Below are positions 44,722 through 57,624 of a stretch of DNA of 64,000 nucleotides, one piece after another; the first letter of the stretch is position 1, and each line of letters starts with the position of its first letter. This stretch comes from Eledone cirrhosa (taxonomy: Eukaryota). The stretch is taken from NCBI GenBank assembly GCA_964016885.1, contig CAXHJY010000565.1:124001-188000 (forward strand), in the 5' to 3' direction. Under the pieces are notes generated by a model. It made no database searches. It was not told the origin of the DNA and was given only the letters and a program-made list of their open reading frames with translations. The translations under genes were made by a program, and so were the position numbers.

Positions 44722-44911
44722 CAGACCTGCCAACTTCTAAAAAGCCCCAAACGGGGAGTACCATGAATAAAGGTGCCTCAAAATGAGGAGAAATGGGGCA
44801 AAATTGGGAGATTTTACATAAGGAAAGCTACATCATTTTCACAAGAGAAGACATTTCTCAATCACCCTAAAGTGGGTGGGAGATCTCGGACAGGGAGAGT
44901 TGACAGGTCTG
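44722..44911. mobile_element. Small DNA-transposon MITE
   Basis: TIRs CAGACCTGCCAACT / AGTTGACAGGTCTG; ATGAAT duplicated on both sides. Confidence 0.7.
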
Positions 44912-45144
44912 ATGAATTGTATCTCAATTGATTTATCAGTAATGTAGCCTTGTTATACATTCCTACAGCTGGACAGGAAAGATTAATTCGTAAGATTTGA
45001 ACATTTTATCTTTTAACATTATGTGTTTGTAGAGTGGTTTATGAAGAAGATCGCTCAAGTCTCAATAGTGTCTCTGTACTTTCTATACAAACAGTTGAAA
45101 CAACGTGTATGTGTTTCTGTGCACACACACACACGCGCGCACAT

Positions 45145-45209
<65 letters not shown>

Positions 45210-45315
45210 CTAATGTAATAATTATTGCACTTGAGTTTTTCAAAACCAAAATGCTTAAATTATTTTTTAAATTATATTATATACAATCAAAAACAAAAAA
45301 GAATCAATAGAGAAA

Positions 45316-45404
<89 letters not shown>

Positions 45405-45454
45405 TATATATTTTAATAAATACATATATATATATAAATTATATATATATATAT

Positions 45455-45501
<47 letters not shown>

Positions 45502-45779
45502 GGGGGGTATGACAAGGATGATAACTGACTGGGTGAAAATTCGAAATAGAGAACATACGATGTCAAACTTCGTCTGAGGACAATTCTTCTGTGTTTGTTT
45601 ATTCAGCTGAAGATGGTGGCATATTAGACAGTTTCTTGTGTACATCATATAACTAATATCTCTTATGTAAACAAACAACTGTTCTTTTCACCGGCATGGT
45701 CATTATTGGTTCCTAATGAGTAGTGTCAAGAATATATATACATATATATATATATATGTGTGTGTATAATATAGTTATA

Positions 45780-45823
<44 letters not shown>

Positions 45824-46449
45824 TATATATGCACATGTATATATGCACATGTATATATGCACATGTATATATGCACATATATAAAAAAACATGCATATTT
45901 GTATGCATATATATGTGCATATATATATATTCACATTTATATACAAATATATATACATACCCATAGATATTTGTTATTTTAGCTTGTGAAACTGCAGTAA
46001 GAGGGAAAAAATTCGTTAATCGCCATGTATTTCGCTTGACAATGAATTTTGCCTTTGGGATGATACACGTATAAGAGCCCTTTATTTAAAGATACTTTTA
46101 AGATACTTCCCTATAGTCAATTCTGAGCGTTATTTGATAGTTCAATATTTGTATTTATAAGCTTCTCTAGATTATATTCTAAGCGATATTATTCATAAAG
46201 ATGTAATGTATATTACTGAATAATTTTCAAATATATATATATAAATAAATATGAGTTTTCATACGTATGTATCAGCTGTGCTAAGGCGAGAAATAAAAGT
46301 AAACACTTGAGTCTGTTTAATCCGGGGTATACTTATAATCATGAAGTACATGTCAACGGGTTATAATCGCTGTTATATAATGGTTGTCACCGAAATATAT
46401 ATAACAGCGATTATGAACATATACATATATTTATGTGCATTTGTATGTA

Positions 46450-47030
46450 CGAGGTGTGTCAGAATAATTCCAGGACTGATGTCACAAAAGATTTATTTCA
46501 AACCCAAACTTCACACTAAGAGTTTTCTCCTTCAAAGTAATTCTCCTGGAGTATGTAACTGTAATTTTAGCTCTCTGCAGCGATCAAACTTTTTTCTACA
46601 TAATTTTATATACTTGTCCTCTGTTTCAGGTCGTCAAGCAATGAGCACAGAGCAACGAACAAACTTGAAAACTCCGTCAGAAACACTGGGATTGCTGCAG
46701 CAAGTGTATGGAGATATGACGATGTCACGCTCCCGTGTTTTTGAGTGGTGCAAGAGGTTTAAAGAAGGACGTGAGGACGTGGAAGATGACCCCAGGAGCG
46801 GAAGGCTCTCAACAACCAGGATTGAGGTCAACGTTGAGCGCATCAGGCAGATGATGCGTAGCGAATGTCGGCTGACTGTTCGACTGATGGCAAATGAACT
46901 GGGCATGAATCGGGACAGCGTCTGGAAGATTCTCACTGAAGATTTGGACATGCGGAAAGTCTGCGCGAAGATGGTGCCAAAACTGTTGAACGGTGACCAG
47001 AAGGGTCGACGCATGCAAGTGTGCCAGGAT
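46450..47030 (+). mobile_element. Truncated mariner transposon (5' TIR + HTH domain)
   Basis: TA|CGAGGTGTGTCAG end; LQQVYGD.TMSRSRVFEWCKRFKEGREDVEDDPRSGR...KVCAKMVPKLL. Confidence 0.88.
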
Positions 47031-47462
47031 ATATATATATACACATATACATATACATACATATATAAATATATGTGTACATTTTTGTACTCGATAGTAT
47101 AAATTAGACTCTGTAGTTTCGCTAAGGCAACCCGCGTAGGAGATGGAGCCCCCTTATTTCAAAGGCCTACGATTATAGTATCATGTGACATGTGGAATAC
47201 GGAACACCAGGACTTGATGTACTTCTGTAGAGAGTGTGCATTGTAAAGTAGAGAGAACTAACTACCTTAATCTAATCATGTTAGCAATTTTGTTCGGTAA
47301 ATCAACTGTGTACATCGGCATCTTGTGCGCCTCTCTCCCTCCCTTTTTTCCACAATCCACCTCTCCCTCATCCCCCCTCCTCTCTCTCCCTCACTCCATC
47401 CCTCCTCTCTCTCTCTCTCTTTCCTCTCTCTCTCTCTCTTTCTCTCTCTCTCTTTCTCTCTT

Positions 47463-47506
<44 letters not shown>

Positions 47507-48220
47507 TCTTTCTCTCACTCTCTCTTTCTCTCTTTCTCTCTCTCCCCCCTCTCTCTCTCTCTGATGGACACAGGTATGATTAGGCAAGAGCAACGGGTAG
47601 TAAAGTGACTTGCTCAAGAAAGCAACGTGTCAAATGTTCTATCCACTAAGCCAAGGGTCTTTGCAAATATTAATATATTTAACATAGAATAAACAAAAAA
47701 GTGTATTAACTGTAAATAAGAAATCGAGATAACTATCCTAAAAAATGTTCATATTTCAGAAACATAAAGTGTATTTTAAGTTTTTATGAAAGGAATGTAT
47801 GCATGTACGTATGTTAATAAAAACGTAAATAGCAGCAACCTATACCCCAACGATACAAGCCCGAACAGTGAGGGAAAAGACTTTCTGGCGTACAGAAAGA
47901 AACCCAGTCGCAAGCTGCCTCATGGTCACAGCGAACAACAAACTGGAAAAAACGTCAAGATGAAGTACAGCGATGGAGAGGCATTAAATTCGTACGCAAC
48001 AGTATTGGCACGGTTCTGACAAACTTTGTGAAAAATAAAAAAATAAAAATAGGTCATATCTATTAACCGTATTCAGTCAGTCAAATACTTAGACAGATGT
48101 TAATAATTTTGAAGGTGGTGTCTGAGCTTCAAGACCACCATGTCCACAGCTTAAACAATCTCCCGAAAGATTTTCATCCCATCCCAAGAGTAAAATTAAC
48201 AACAGCATGGAGACGGCAAC

Positions 48221-48292
<72 letters not shown>

Positions 48293-48340
48293 TATATATA
48301 TATATATATATTTTTTGATATATATATATATATATATTTT

Positions 48341-48420
<80 letters not shown>

Positions 48421-48434
48421 TTATATATATATAT

Positions 48435-48498
<64 letters not shown>

Positions 48499-48518
48499 GT
48501 ATATATTGTATATATGTA

Positions 48519-48552
<34 letters not shown>

Positions 48553-48628
48553 CATTTATATACATGCATGTATACATATATATATACGCACGTATACATA
48601 AATATATGTATGTATATAAGTATACATA

Positions 48629-48672
<44 letters not shown>

Positions 48673-48742
48673 TATACATATATATGAATATATATATAAG
48701 TATACATATATATGTATATATATATATATATAAGTATACATA

Positions 48743-48782
<40 letters not shown>

Positions 48783-48792
48783 TATACATATA

Positions 48793-48830
<38 letters not shown>

Positions 48831-48838
48831 TATACATA

Positions 48839-48924
<86 letters not shown>

Positions 48925-49024
48925 AATACATATATATATATATATATATTATATATATTGTATATATATATATATTATATATATATATATATATAATATA
49001 TATAATATATATATATATATATAT

Positions 49025-49055
<31 letters not shown>

Positions 49056-49202
49056 ATACATATATATATATATAATATAATATATATATATATATAATAT
49101 ATATATATATACAATATATATAATATATATATATATATAATATATATAATATATATATATAATATATATAATATATATATATATATATATAATATATATA
49201 TA

Positions 49203-51198
49203 ATCTACATCTAAGGCGGGTAAAATTCCCGAGATCCATGGACGAGTTCTCTCCAGCGGTCTCTGTCCCTCATTATCGCTGCCATATCCTGCATCTCCAA
49301 CAGACCAGTGTCTGTCCTTAGGGTATCAACATATGTTAACCTTGGTCTTCCTCTTCTAGTGTATCCATGTAGGGGCTCCCAAAGGAGCACTGAGTGCAAT
49401 GTCAACTCTGGATGTCGGTGAGCATGTCCAGCCAACCTCAGTCTCCTCTGTGTCACTTTTGAGCTGACTTCTTGGATGCTCCCATACAGCTCTGAGTTTT
49501 TCATCCTCAGTGTATACAGATTAATGTTCAGAGCCATCCTCAGCATTCTCGTGTAGCACCCATCCACCATCTGAGTGAGTTTCTTGGTCAGTGTCCAAGT
49601 CTCAGACCCATACAGCAACACAGACTCCACTACAGCAATGAAGGTCCGACTTCCACACCGATCTCAAGCTGTGGCACGCCGCCCAGGCCTTGCTCTTCCT
49701 CTCAACCACATCATCTTCCGTATTCCCAATCTTTGCTCCCAAATACAGGAAGTCCTCAACCAATTCCAGCGGCTTCCCGCCTACATTAGTGATCCCCTCT
49801 GGCTTCTCAACATTCTCTACCAGATATTTTGTTTTAGTCTCATTCATTCTCAGCCGCACACTCATCGACACAGTCTCAACCTCCCGCATCAAATCCTCTG
49901 CCTCCTTCACTGTATTTGTCACCAAAACTATGTCGTCGGCAAATTCAGCATCCGATACCTTTTTCGCCCTAACTCTCCTGCTCTGAGCCGGTGCTACAGT
50001 AAAGCCAGAGTCCTGGTGTTTCTCCAGTGCAAGGCGCATACAATAGTCCACTACGATGATAAAAAGGTAGGGAGCCAATGTATCTCCCTGGAGCACTCCA
50101 GCAAGTATCTCAAAGAACTCTGTCATCCCATCAGGTGTAATGACTTGGGCTTTGGTGTTGGTGTAGAGCAGTGATATCAGGTCCACTATCCTCTTGGGGA
50201 TTCCATAAGCCTGTAAGATCTTCATCAGGCAGTAACGGTCCACAGAATCAAAGGCCTTCCTAAAGTCAATGAAAACCATGACCGCAGGAAGGCACTTTGC
50301 TCTAGCTCCCTCTAATATCCTCCTCAGCATCAGGATGTGACTGGTGGTTGATCTACCCTCTCTGAAGCCGTTCTGGTTGTCCCTGAGCTTCTTTTCCATC
50401 TCAGGCTGGATCCTGTTAAGAATCATCCTGTTGAGGGTCTTTGCCACAAGTGACGTCAGTGAGATCCCCCGGTAGTTGTTGGTGTTAGAGAGATCTCCCT
50501 TCTTTGGCACTGGGACGATGTTACTGATCCTCCACTGATTCGGGGCAACTCCTTTCTCCAGTGCCCCGTTACAGAACCCCAGGATGATATCATCAAAATC
50601 ACACCTCTTCATCACCTCTGATGACACTCCATCTTCTCCATGAGCCTTGCCCTCCTTGATCTTCTTCTTGGCTCTCTGAAGCTCCTCACTGGTGAAGGGC
50701 TCTGTCTCAACATCCAGTTCCTCAAACAGCCGCCTGATCTCCCAGTGCTCTGGGCTGTGGAGGGTGGCTCTCCTAGTAGGGTCCTAAAATGGTCTAGCCA
50801 TTTCCTCTTCCTATCCTCGGGCCCCGTTCCCTGGATCTGACTCGAACACCTTCTCTTCCTCCCTGTGATCTCGTTGATTATCATCCAGCTCTCCTTACAT
50901 CCAGATCTGTCAACCGCTCTCTCCACACTTCTGATCTTCTCTATCAGTGCCTCCTCTCTGACCTCAGTGTAAGCGGTACAGAGCTCTTCCCTCATCACCT
51001 CCACAGTCTCCATCCTCACCTCCGTAGGATCAGAATAGAATTGGTCCCTGGCAGCTTTCAGGTGTTCTCTGGCTGCACACACTTTTGGGTCTGCAGAGCT
51101 GACGTGCTTCCCTTTGTTCTTTTTCCTCGGCACCAGGGTTTCACTTGCTTCCGCCACTGCATTGGTGAAGTGCCCGTACCTCCTCGTCACACTCTCCT
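49203..51198 (-). mobile_element. 5'-truncated RTE-clade LINE, frameshifted
   Basis: PVPKKGDL..NYRGISL, QNGFREGRST, FIDFRKAFD, GVLQGDTLAPYLF, FADD, LLYGSETW, RRGRP. Confidence 0.92.
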
Positions 51199-51250
51199 CA
51201 TAATATATATATATATATATATAATATATATATATAGATAATATATATAT

Positions 51251-51356
<106 letters not shown>

Positions 51357-51373
51357 AATATATATATATATAT

Positions 51374-51428
<55 letters not shown>

Positions 51429-51463
51429 ATAATATATATATATATATATAATATATATATATT

Positions 51464-51506
<43 letters not shown>

Positions 51507-51558
51507 ATATAATATATTATATATATATATATAATATATTATATATATATATAAATAT

Positions 51559-51606
<48 letters not shown>

Positions 51607-51611
51607 ATAAT

Positions 51612-51666
<55 letters not shown>

Positions 51667-51711
51667 TATATATATATAATATATATATATAATATATATA
51701 TATATATATAA

Positions 51712-51785
<74 letters not shown>

Positions 51786-51844
51786 TTATATAATATATAT
51801 ATATAATATATATATATAATATATAATATATATAATATATATAT

Positions 51845-51878
<34 letters not shown>

Positions 51879-51955
51879 ATATATATATATATATATAATA
51901 TATAATATATATAATATATATATATATATATATAATATATATATATATATATAAA

Positions 51956-52029
<74 letters not shown>

Positions 52030-52312
52030 TATATAATATATATATATAATATATATATAATATATATATATAATATATAATATATATAATATATATATAT
52101 ATATATATAATATATATATATAATATATATATATATATATAATATATAATATATATAAATAATATATATATATATAATATATATATAATATATATATATA
52201 TAATATATATATATAATATATATATATATATAATGATATATATATATAATATATATATATATAATATATATATATATAATATATATATATATAATATATA
52301 TATATATAATAT

Positions 52313-52382
<70 letters not shown>

Positions 52383-52385
<3 letters not shown>

Positions 52386-52664
52386 TAAACCGACGGTAGT
52401 CGGTTTAGTTATAGTAATATTGTTGTCTTAGTGATTTCGTTGGCAATCGTCTCTTTACAGCATTATTAGAATGTCTTCCGATTATCAAAATCACATGAAA
52501 GTTATATGAGCATGGAGAGTAAATCATTGCACATCTCTTAAGCTAAAAATCTCGAAATTTCGTTCAGCACAAAAAAAGTTATGATCAAAGTTTGCTGAAA
52601 AAAACTGTGTTCAAGTGAGTAAGTGAGTGAGTAAGGGTGACGCTCTGTTATATATATTTATATT

Positions 52665-52697
<33 letters not shown>

Positions 52698-52789
52698 ATA
52701 TTTATATATTTATATTTATATATATATATATTATATTTATATATATATATATTTATATATATATATTTATATATATATATCTATATATT

Positions 52790-52827
<38 letters not shown>

Positions 52828-52861
52828 TATATATATTTATATATATATTTATATATATATT

Positions 52862-52892
<31 letters not shown>

Positions 52893-52893
52893 T

Positions 52894-52988
<95 letters not shown>

Positions 52989-53593
52989 ATTTATATATAT
53001 ATATATTTATATATATATATATGTTTATTATATATATTTATATATATATATATGTTTATATATATTTATATATATATATATGTTTATATATATTTATATA
53101 TCCTAAACCGACGGTAGTCGGTTTAGTCCTAAACCGACGGTAGTCGGTTTAGTAATATTGTTGTCTTAGTGATTTCGTTGGCAATCGTCTCTTTTACAGC
53201 ATTATTAGAATGTCTTCCGATTATCAAAATCACATGAAAGTTATATGAGCATGGAGAGTAAATCATTGCACATCTCTTAAGCTAAAAATCTCGAAATTTC
53301 GTTCAGCACAAAAAAAGTTATGATCAAAGTTTGCTGAATATAGTAATATTGTTGTCTTAGTGATTTCGTTGGCAATCGTCTCTTTACAGCATTATTAGAA
53401 TGTCTTCCGATTATCAAAATCACATGAAAGTTATATGAGCATGGAGAGTAAATCATTGCACATCTCTTAAGCTAAAAATCTCGAAATTTCGTTCAGCACA
53501 AAAAAAGTTATGATCAAAGTTTGCTGAAAAAAACTGTGTTCAAGTGAGTAAGTGAGTGAGTAAGGGTGACGCTCTGTTATATATATTTATATT

Positions 53594-53626
<33 letters not shown>

Positions 53627-53719
53627 ATATTTATATATTTATATTTATATATATATATATTTATATTTATATATATATATATTTATATATATATATTTAT
53701 ATATATATATCTATATATT

Positions 53720-53757
<38 letters not shown>

Positions 53758-53791
53758 TATATATATTTATATATATATTTATATATATATT

Positions 53792-53822
<31 letters not shown>

Positions 53823-53823
53823 T

Positions 53824-53892
<69 letters not shown>

Positions 53893-54360
53893 ATATATTT
53901 ATAATATATTATATTTATATATATATATATTTATATATATATATATGTTTATTATATATATTTATATATATATATATGTTTATATATATTTATATATATA
54001 TATATGTTTATATATATTTATATATCCTAAACCGACGGTAGTCGGTTTAGTCCTAAACCGACGGTAGTCGGTTTATCCTAAACCGACGGTAGTCGGTTTA
54101 GTCCTAAACCGACGGTAGTCGGTTTAGTAATATTGTTGTCTTAGTGATTTCGTTGGCAATCGTCTCTTTTACAGCATTATTAGAATGTCTTCCGATTATC
54201 AAAATCACATGAAAGTTATATGAGCATGGAGAGTAAATCATTGCACATCTCTTAAGCTAAAAATCTCGAAATTTCGTTCAGCACAAAAAAAGTTATGATC
54301 AAAGTTTGCTGAAAAAAACTGTGTTCAAGTGAGTAAGTGAGTGAGTAAGGGTGACGCTCT
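52383..54360 (+). mobile_element. Tandemly reiterated Helentron/HINE-like end interleaved with AT-rich runs
   Basis: Four copies (52383, 53100, 53342, 54024) of an approx. 200-265-bp segment; palindrome ctaaaccgac-ggta-gtcggtttag at three of them; (AGTG)n. Confidence 0.6.
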
Positions 54361-54403
54361 GTGCATTTGATGCATCTCTTGGGACCGGTCAGAGGAGGAT
54401 AAG

Positions 54404-54972
54404 GGGTTATTCGGGGTGCGGCGCTTATTCGAACCCTCCCCCAGTGACTGCGATTATTCGGGGTGAGACGCTTATTCGAACCCCCCCCCCCCCCGCTTAT
54501 TCGAACCCTCCCCCCAGTGACTGCAATTATTCGGGGTGCGGCGCTTATTCGAACCCTTCCCCCAGTGACTGCGGTTATTCGGGGTGCGGCGCTTATTCGA
54601 ACCCTCCCCCCAGTGACTGCGATTATTCGGGGTGCGGCGCTTATTCGAACCCTCCCCCCAGTGACTGCGGTTATTCGGGGTGCGGCGCTTATTCGAACCC
54701 TCCCCCCAGTGACTGCGATTATTCGGGGTGAGGCGCTTATTCGAACCCCCCCCCCCCCCCACAGTGACTGCGGTTATTCGGGGTGCGGCGCTTATTCGAC
54801 CCCCCCCCCCCCACAGTGACTGCGATTAATCGGGGTGAGGCGCTTATTCGAACCCTCCCCCAGTGACTGCTGTTTATTTGGGGTGAGGGTCTTATTCGAA
54901 CCCCCCCTAGTGACTGCGGTTATTCGGGGTGCGGTGGTTATTTGAACCCCCCCCCCCCAGTGACTGCGGTTA
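54404..54972. repeat. 48-bp GC-rich minisatellite, about 12 copies
   Basis: cagtgactgcggttattcggggtgcggcgcttattcgaaccctccccc. Confidence 0.92.
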
Positions 54973-55544
54973 TTTTTTTGAATTTGAATTTTAAATGTTG
55001 ATACAATGTGGCAGTAAACATTAATCATTGAGCTAATTAGGAGCTATTATGTTCTCCTATCTCGCGATAAGTGGTCACACGTTGCAAACTAGTTGAGGTT
55101 GTCTTCTATTTATATTCAAATGAGTAAATCACTCACTGCATTGTTCTCTTTCAAAGCAGTCGCTGATTGATATACTAGAAATTCAGAAAATCATTTGGAT
55201 TTGTACTAATAGTTGTGAATAGTTGTGCTATTTTTTGTACCGATAGGTGCGAGTAGTGAACTCATTTGCGATAGGTGCGAATAGTGTGCTCATTTGACAT
55301 ATGAAAATGACGTCTCTCGGCTTTTTTATCGGCTTATTTATTTTGACTATTACAAATGAAAAATTTGTTTCCCTGCAAAAGTCTCGCCAAAATGGTCGCA
55401 AAAAAAATCGCAAAAGGTCACTTCATACGTTTCGCGGCTTTCGAAAAAAGTCACCATATACGTTTCGCGGCTTTTTTGATCGGCTTATTACTTTTTTGCC
55501 TGGCGCGAAAATGCAATACAGTTGTTTTTTGGACTATGAACACT

Positions 55545-55890
55545 CAAATGATGAAATCGACAAAAATGGCGTGTGAGAAGAAAATCAAAAAATTTGCATA
55601 TGAAAAATCGACAAAAAATGGCGCGCGTGAAGAAAATACAAAAATCCAAAAAAAAATTATCATGTGAAAAATTGACAAAAAATCGACAAAAATGGCGTGC
55701 GTGAAGAAAATCCCAAAAATCCAAAAAAAAAATTATCATGTGAAAAATTGACAAAAAATCGACAAAAATGGCGCGCGTGAAAAAAAATCAAAAAAACCCA
55801 AAAAAATTTGCATGTGAAAAATTGACAAAAAATCGACCAAAAATGGCGCGCGTGAAAAAAATCCCAAAAAAATTTGCATGTGAAAATTGA
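55545..55890. repeat. A-rich minisatellite (about 55-70 bp unit)
   Basis: aaatcgacaaaaatggcgcgcgtgaa...catgtgaaaaattgac reiterated about 5 times. Confidence 0.8.
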
Positions 55891-56356
55891 TATTTACCTT
55901 CTATTGCATTAGAATTTGTCATGTTTAATTAAAATGTTATTTTCAACTAAATGCAAATGGTGCAAATTTGCTCCATTTAGATTCAGTTGTTAATGCTCAC
56001 CTACTAATTTAAAAAAATTGTATTTTCTTAAATGACTCTTATTTATCATAAGTTAATATTTTTAAGATAGGTGAGTGCTCCACGATCTGACCTATGTCCC
56101 CGCCATGTGGAGTGGATGCTTGTACCAATTAGATAAATATCTCAACTTATTTCTGTGACTCCAATGCACAGGCTGACACTGTAGCTTGAATTAAATTCAA
56201 AATTGGTACAAGTAACTAAGAGGTCACAAAAGAATAGCTTCACTTTCACCTATAGTTTTCATTAACATCATTTTGGGGATTTTTTGATAGAAGTAACTAA
56301 AGTAATAACTATTTAATTAAGTAGTTGTTGTTTGCATTGCCTTGAAAAATAGGAAA

Positions 56357-57475
56357 CTAGCTAGAAAAATGCGTACAGCAAAAAAAAAGTAATATTGTTG
56401 GAACAAACCTTTAAAAATACAGGACAAGGAAGTAAGATAAACCTTTAAAAATACAGGACAAAGAACTAAGATAAAACTTTAAAAGAATAGGACAAGGAAT
56501 ATAAATTTTTACAATAATATTAGTGGCAAAAATTTTATTGGAAAAATAGATAATTGATCAAATAAAAGTGATTTATTTGAGTAACATGAAATTACTTAAT
56601 GAGAAATATCAATACAATGAAATTGATCCCTGTCTTGTGTTCCTCCTCCAAGTCCGAGTTGTACCAACTGGTTCATTGGTTCATGAGGAAGTGGGCCAGG
56701 AAAAATGTAGGAAAAGTCATCATGGTTCATTTCTGTTCTTCCCTTCTACTCGAGCCCCCTCAGCGCCTGCATCCCCCAGCTACAATGACTCCCAAATCAG
56801 CAGTCTGTTGCTCCTGCACCAACGCCTCCACCTCCTCCCCCCTCGTCGCCTGCTTCAACTTTCATCATTGCTGCGCCAACATGCCCAGTGCTGTCTGGAA
56901 GTGGTTCAACGAGTCCGGCGCCGGCTTCACCTGCTTTCAAGTGCTCTCCCAGGAAGAAGCACTCTGCCCTATCCACCTGCCCCTTCTACCACTGCCCATG
57001 AAGCCAGTCCGGAACCGTCAACCGTGCCTCAAAGTGTCATCGAGGACCAGCAGGATTCCGAGTCGAACACGGGCCCATTCACCTTGGTCACTCGCCGTCA
57101 TCGTCCCAGAGTCAAGACCCGTACCCCTCCCTCTCCCCCTCCAGTTCCTGCTCCGACCCAGTCCGAGTTGCGCCGGGTCATCCGCGAGGAGTTGGACCGG
57201 GAAAGATGACAGACAAGTGATCATGGTTGGAGTGGATGCATGCGGAACATCATAGTTGTAATTGGTGTAATGATGGAAACTCAATTTTTTACCAATTGAA
57301 TTTTGCCACTAATATTATTGTAAAAATTTATAATCCTTGTCCTATTCTTTTAAAGTTTTATCTTAGTTCTTTGTCCTGTATTTTTAAAGGTTTATCTTAC
57401 TTCCTTGTCCTGTATTTTTAAAGGTTTGTTCCAACAATATTACTTTTTTTTGCTGTACGCATTTTTCTAGCTAGT
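56357..57475. mobile_element. Fold-back element with approx. 175-bp inverted repeats around a GC-rich ORF fragment
   Basis: 56357-56530 is the reverse complement of 57301-57475; internal subrepeats aaacctttaaaaatacaggacaa. Confidence 0.7.
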
Positions 57476-57528
57476 ATATATATAATATATATATATATAT
57501 ATAATATATATATATATATATAATATAT

Positions 57529-57621
<93 letters not shown>

Positions 57622-57624
<3 letters not shown>

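Noticed and set aside
47860-48220. Possible highly decayed RTE-like coding remnant
   Set aside because: Too many stops and only faint motif similarity
54351-54819. Cys/Gly/Pro repeat protein (PPPSDCGYSGCGAYSN)n
   Set aside because: 48-bp minisatellite open in several frames, with variable C-runs and no splice evidence
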